64,000 bases of DNA, taken from positions 108,705-172,704 of the forward strand of contig DATBYD010000097.1 of NCBI GenBank assembly GCA_036513855.1. Direction: 5' to 3'. This document shows, piece by piece, positions 59,933 through 64,000 of this stretch. Source of the DNA: Steroidobacteraceae bacterium (GTDB lineage Bacteria; Pseudomonadota; Gammaproteobacteria; Steroidobacterales; Steroidobacteraceae). Both the position numbers and the translations under genes were made by a program. Within the stretch, counting starts at the first letter, position 1; each line of letters begins with the position of its first letter. The notes under the pieces were generated by a model. That model was not told where the DNA came from. It saw only the letters and a list, made by a program, of their open reading frames with translations, and did no database searches.

Positions 59933-61965
59933 TGGGTAGCGAGGAAGAGGAAGAGGAGGAGGAGCGGCTGCGGTCGGCAGCGCTTGAGAATGCCAAGAGC
60001 ATTCACCGTGCGCGTCAGCGTGCAGAACGAGAGTTGATCGCCGCCAAAGAGGCGTTGGAGCTGAAGACGCAGGAACTTGCCCGCTCCCTTGCGGTGATGC
60101 AGGCGACGCTGGAGTCGACCTTCGATGGAATTTTGGTGACGGACGGGGAGCGAAGGGTTTCCGGATTCAACGAGAAGTACCTGCGAATGTGGAGCATCCC
60201 GCGGGAGCTCATCGACGCGGGACGGCATGAGCGCCTGCTCGAACTGTGCGCCACCCGGCTTGCGGATTCAGAGGGCTATCTCTCCCGGATCGAGGCGATC
60301 TACGCGACCTCCCCGCCCGAGAGTATCGACGTGCTCGAACTGACCGATGGGCGGGTGTACGAGCGGTTTTCGACCATCGAGTACCTGGATGGTCGCAACA
60401 TAGGCCGGGTCTGGAGCTTCCGCGACATTACGGCGCAAAAGCTGGTGGAGGCGGAACTGCGCCAGCAGCGCGAATGGTTCCAGGTGACCTTAGCCAGCAT
60501 TGGCGATGCCGTGATTACGACCGACACACTCGGTCGGGTCACATTCCTCAACGCTGTGGCTGAGGCCAAGACCGGATGGCAGTCGGCCGAAGCGCGCGGC
60601 TTACCGCTGGAGCGAATATTCAACGTCGTCAGCGAATACACCCGCCAGCCGGCGCCGAATCCCATCCGGCGGGTTCTGCGCGAAGGCGCGATCGTTGAGC
60701 TCGCCAACCATACCGTGTTGATCTCGAAGGACGGCAGCGAGGTTGCCGTCGAAGATAGCGCCGCACCGATTCGCGACGCCAACGGCGAGATTTCCGGCGC
60801 GGTAATGGTTTTTCACGATGTAACCGCGCGGCGTCGGGCGGAAGCCGCGCTGCGCGAGGCCGATCGGCGCAAGGATGAGTTCCTCGCCACCCTGGCGCAT
60901 GAGCTACGCAATCCGCTGGCACCGATCCGGCAGGCCGCGTTCATCGCCCAGGCTTCAGGGGCTAGTGACGCGCAGAAACGCTGGAGTCACGACGTCATTG
61001 AGCGTCAGATTCAACACATGTCGCTGCTGCTTGACGATCTGCTGGATATTTCGCGCGTGACGCGCGGAACCCTGGTGCTGCGCGTCCAGCCGACCGACCT
61101 TGCGGCAATGATTGACGCGGCGGTCGAGACGGCGCGCCCGAGAATCGATGCCAAGCGGCATACCCTCAAAGTCGAGACTCCGGATAGGCCGATCCAATTC
61201 AATGCCGATCCTCTGCGCATGGCGCAGATCCTGTCCAATCTGCTGATGAATGCCGCCAAGTACACCGACCCTGAGGGGCTCATTCGACTCAGCGCCAAAT
61301 GCGAAGGCGAGGAGATGATCATCCGGGTCACCGACACGGGGATTGGCATCAGCGCGGAGTCATTGCCGGGAATCTTCGAGATGTTTACGCAAGTTTCCTC
61401 GGCAAGGGACCGGGCAGAGGACGGGCTGGGGATCGGGCTTGCTCTTACGAAGGGGCTCGTCGAGCTGCACGGGGGAAAGATCGAGGCGAGCAGCGCAGGA
61501 CTCGGTCGGGGAAGCGAGTTTACGGTCAGGCTGCCAATGCGGGGCGCAACCGAGCCGGGCCGAAGCGCGGCGGGCGCAGCGACTGCGGAGCCCGCGCCCG
61601 TCAGGCGGCGAGTGCTGATTGCGGACGACAATCGCGACTCGGCCGAAACGCTTGCGGACCTGTTACGGATGGAAGGTCACGCCGTGACTGCCGTGCACGA
61701 TGGACCTGGATCGCTTGCCGCCTTCGAGGATTTTCGTCCGGACATCGTGCTCCTTGACATCGGCATGCCAGGGCTCGATGGCTACGAGGTTGCCCGCAGG
61801 ATGAGGGCCAGTCGATTCAGTAAAGACACGCGGCTGATCGCGATCACCGGATGGGGCCAGGAACACGACCGTGAACGGGCCTTCTCCGCGGGATTCGACT
61901 ATCACCTCACCAAGCCGGTTGATCCGCGACGGCTGTCTGAACTGCTCCGGAGCTTTCGGTACTGA
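59932..61965 (+). CDS. Hybrid histidine kinase (coiled coil - PAS - PAS - HisKA - HATPase - REC)
   Basis: Glu-rich N-terminus, two PAS units, HisKA (FLATLAHELRNPLAPI), HATPase and REC (VLIADDN...VLLDIGMPGLDG). The kinase-REC half is a close paralog of 51096..52865. The start codon overlaps the upstream stop (TGATG). Confidence 0.85.
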   Translation: MGSEEEEEEEERLRSAALENAKSIHRARQRAERELIAAKEALELKTQELARSLAVMQATLESTFDGILVTDGERRVSGFNEKYLRMWSIPRELIDAGRHERLLELCATRLADSEGYLSRIEAIYATSPPESIDVLELTDGRVYERFSTIEYLDGRNIGRVWSFRDITAQKLVEAELRQQREWFQVTLASIGDAVITTDTLGRVTFLNAVAEAKTGWQSAEARGLPLERIFNVVSEYTRQPAPNPIRRVLREGAIVELANHTVLISKDGSEVAVEDSAAPIRDANGEISGAVMVFHDVTARRRAEAALREADRRKDEFLATLAHELRNPLAPIRQAAFIAQASGASDAQKRWSHDVIERQIQHMSLLLDDLLDISRVTRGTLVLRVQPTDLAAMIDAAVETARPRIDAKRHTLKVETPDRPIQFNADPLRMAQILSNLLMNAAKYTDPEGLIRLSAKCEGEEMIIRVTDTGIGISAESLPGIFEMFTQVSSARDRAEDGLGIGLALTKGLVELHGGKIEASSAGLGRGSEFTVRLPMRGATEPGRSAAGAATAEPAPVRRRVLIADDNRDSAETLADLLRMEGHAVTAVHDGPGSLAAFEDFRPDIVLLDIGMPGLDGYEVARRMRASRFSKDTRLIAITGWGQEHDRERAFSAGFDYHLTKPVDPRRLSELLRSFRY

Positions 61966-62271
61966 CCGCGATCCGCGCGGCAGGGTGCCGCCTGTGATGC
62001 CAGCGTCTGAGTTCATCCTGGGCGCCAGCGGGAAGATAAGATATTAGGCGATTTAGCATCAGCCACAGAGCCTCTGCCCCCAGGCGCAGTGATTCTCTCA
62101 GCAAATCCCACCGCGAAATCTAACAGGTGACGGCCCGGGAAAGTACTCCGGCTGCATCTTTCGCGCCGGTCAGGGATCAGTTGGCACAGGCTGCGCCCGC
62201 CCCGACGCGTCAGCTCAACCTGCAGCCGCAAAAGCCCGTGCGGCCCAGCCTTTATCGGGTGATCAAAATGA

Positions 62272-62297
62272 GGACGCCCGCGTCGTCGCGGGCGTCC
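62272..62297 (-). terminator. Rho-independent terminator of the PEP-CTERM gene
   Basis: Perfect 11-bp GC-rich stem (GGACGCCCGCG / CGCGGGCGTCC) with a 4-nt loop. It lies 25 nt after the stop and is followed on the minus strand by TCATTTTGAT. Confidence 0.55.
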
Positions 62298-62322
62298 CTC
62301 GGCTCGGCAGGTGAAGGTTGGC

Positions 62323-62946
62323 TCAGCTCTTGCGTTTCCGTCGGCTCAAACTAAGACCCGCGAAGCCGAAGCCCATCAGCGCGAGTGTGGCGGGCTCCGG
62401 AACGGCGCTCGGCGCGGAACTGGTTATGACTACATCGTCCAGGACAGAGCCGATGTCGCCTGGAGTGTTGCTCGTAAAAGTCAGAAACGCCGCTGTCGGC
62501 GAGCTTACCGTCACGAGCTGGTTACTGACGATACCGTCTGTAACGTCTGCGGAAGGCAAGACGAATGTTTTGCTGTAGCTGCCAAAAGTAACCGTCGTCG
62601 AATCAGTCACCCCGCGCTGCGAACCGATGAGGTCGAAACTCAGGAAATAGTTCACTCCTGGCTCCAACGTGATGGCGGTGGTGGTCCGCAAGATTCCCTG
62701 CGGGTTTCCGTTGCTGCCATCGAGGTCGATGCAGTTGCCGGATTCAGGCGCCGCACACAAACCGCCGAAAAGACTTCCGCCGACGATGTCGACATTAGTA
62801 CCATCGATGGCCGAGAACGCGCCAACGGATGTTGCACTGAGCATAGGTGTCAGTTCGTCAAAGTTCTCGTCGAGTAGTGTGGCGGCCTGCGCGAGCGGCA
62901 CGAAGCCCAACGCGGAGGCGGCCAAAATCAAATAGGCTCGTTTCAT
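62323..62946 (-). CDS. PEP-CTERM sorting-domain protein (exosortase substrate) with a DUF642-like beta-sandwich domain
   Basis: Signal peptide MKRAYLILAASALGFVPLAQA. The C-terminus VPEPATLALMGFGFAGLSLSRRKRKS is the canonical PEP motif plus TM helix plus basic tail. The start is at the second Met. Confidence 0.85.
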   Translation of the reverse strand: MKRAYLILAASALGFVPLAQAATLLDENFDELTPMLSATSVGAFSAIDGTNVDIVGGSLFGGLCAAPESGNCIDLDGSNGNPQGILRTTTAITLEPGVNYFLSFDLIGSQRGVTDSTTVTFGSYSKTFVLPSADVTDGIVSNQLVTVSSPTAAFLTFTSNTPGDIGSVLDDVVITSSAPSAVPEPATLALMGFGFAGLSLSRRKRKS

Positions 62947-63498
62947 TGACGTGTCCTCCGTCATTCCCGATTCATTTCTGAGCGTCCATGGGACCCTGAT
63001 GGGCTAAGCAAAGTGTAGCGCTAATGCACACGGTCCGCGCTAGGGTAATTTCACAGATTTTCCTGTAAAGAAATTCGACGGGTCCGCGTGCTGTGCCTGG
63101 CGCGCGACATGTACGGTGGTGACATAAGGTGCGCCGCCGGTCCGGCGCCACAGCCGCCGCAGAGTTTCCGCAGCAAGGGCTGCTTAATGCGAGTTCAATG
63201 CTGCGACAGCTGCGATCCGGCGCCGGGCTCTCGTTAATGCAGCACGCGCCGCCAATGCCTAAGCCCAAGTTGCGGGCTGCTGAACGACGTACGAGGGCCG
63301 CCCGCACCGGCAACGCGAGCCGCGGCGGCATTCTCGGCGGCGCTCGACCATCGGCCGACCAAACCGGCTGACCGTGAGGACCTCATCGAAGCGCCTCAAA
63401 AGGCCTCGGCATCGCGCCGACATCCAGTAGCGCGGGTGCAGAACTACTGGGCAAAACGAGCGACGCCGGGCTTATGCCGGTGCGGTGCATAATGAGTT

Positions 63499-64000
63499 GT
63501 GATTCAACGGGAGCTGTTTGCGTCACAGTCCGCGCTGCCGGATGGTTTTGTGTACGCGCCGGATTTTCTGACCGGCGCCGGGGAAGCGCATCTGCTCGCC
63601 CTGATTCAGTCGCTTCCCTTTCAGGAAGCGCAGTACAAACAGTGGCGCGCCCGGCGCCGCATCGTCGCCTTCGGCGGTCGATACGACTTTGCCCTCAACG
63701 AGCTGACTGAAGCGCCCCCCATTCCGGAATTTCTGCATCCGCTGCGTGCGCAAATCGCGCGGTGGGCGGACATTCCGGTCTCTCGAATCGAGCATGCGAT
63801 GATTGCGGAGTACCAGCCGGCCACGCCGCTCGGCTGGCACCGCGACGTTCCTCAATTTGAGGACGTCGTCGGTGTCTCGCTGCTCGGCCACGCAAGACTT
63901 CGCTTCCGCCCCTGGCCGCCCAAGCCGGGCCAGCGCACGGCCTGCGCGATCGAGCTTGCGCCAAGATCGGCCTACCTGTTGCGCGGACCGGCACGCTGGC
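63499..64000 (+). CDS. AlkB-family Fe(II)/2OG dioxygenase, 3' end beyond the window (not in the ORF track)
   Basis: My own translation from GTG 63499 (preceded by an in-frame TGA) stays open to base 64000: (M)IQRELFASQSALPDGFVYAPDFL...RRIVAFGGRYDF...IAEYQPATPLGWHRDVPQFEDVVGVSLLGHARLRFRP, with an HRD iron motif. Confidence 0.7.
   Translation, partial: MIQRELFASQSALPDGFVYAPDFLTGAGEAHLLALIQSLPFQEAQYKQWRARRRIVAFGGRYDFALNELTEAPPIPEFLHPLRAQIARWADIPVSRIEHAMIAEYQPATPLGWHRDVPQFEDVVGVSLLGHARLRFRPWPPKPGQRTACAIELAPRSAYLLRGPARW

Overview
This is a GC-rich proteobacterial chromosomal segment. The taxon cannot be fixed from this window, though the gene content has a gamma- or betaproteobacterial, exosortase-bearing flavour. 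I call about 50 protein genes. I found no rRNA, tRNA, CRISPR array, transposase, integrase, phage gene or recognisable defence gene, so it reads as core or accessory chromosome rather than a mobile island. All domain calls come from reading the supplied translations by eye; no searches were run.

Layout:
1. 1-10.4 kb: a surface-polysaccharide locus. It holds a partial GT1, an Asp/Asn-beta-hydroxylase-type dioxygenase, two tandem GT2 paralogs, a Wzm/Wzt ABC exporter, a PEP-CTERM-associated priming sugar transferase translationally coupled to a PrsR-type sigma-54 activator, and an acyltransferase.
2. 10.4-13.9 kb: a kinase / lipoprotein / sigma-54 regulator trio in the QseE-QseG-QseF (GlrK/GlrR) arrangement.
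3. 14-30 kb: mixed housekeeping genes. These are galE, srkA, a PAS-GAF-GGDEF-EAL protein, an M28 peptidase, an enoyl-CoA hydratase, a gamma-CA-like protein, crcB with DUF190, DUF885, PsiF, GFA, DUF4126, DDAH and a Tat-signal aminotransferase.
4. 30.0-32.7 kb: MscS, then an overlapping TauD/BBOX-like oxygenase and HD-domain pair that resembles the TmpA/TmpB phosphonate C-P cleavage pair.
5. 32.9-39.3 kb: a tightly packed five-gene operon of DUF4331, a small lipoprotein, a TPR protein, a long HupE/UreJ protein and a TonB-dependent receptor.
6. 39.3-44.9 kb: nitronate monooxygenase, an S9 peptidase, a PotF-like binding protein and a Rieske oxygenase.
7. 45.3-62 kb: a signalling island. It contains a 1917-aa soluble poly-HAMP hybrid kinase, three further hybrid kinases, and a six-gene RsbR-RsbS-RsbT stressosome operon whose output is a phosphatase plus histidine kinases rather than a sigma factor.
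8. 62.3-64 kb: a PEP-CTERM cargo protein and a 3'-truncated AlkB-family gene that is missing from the ORF track.

The best candidates for poorly described or undescribed biology are the DUF4331 trans-envelope operon and the stressosome-to-phosphorelay island.
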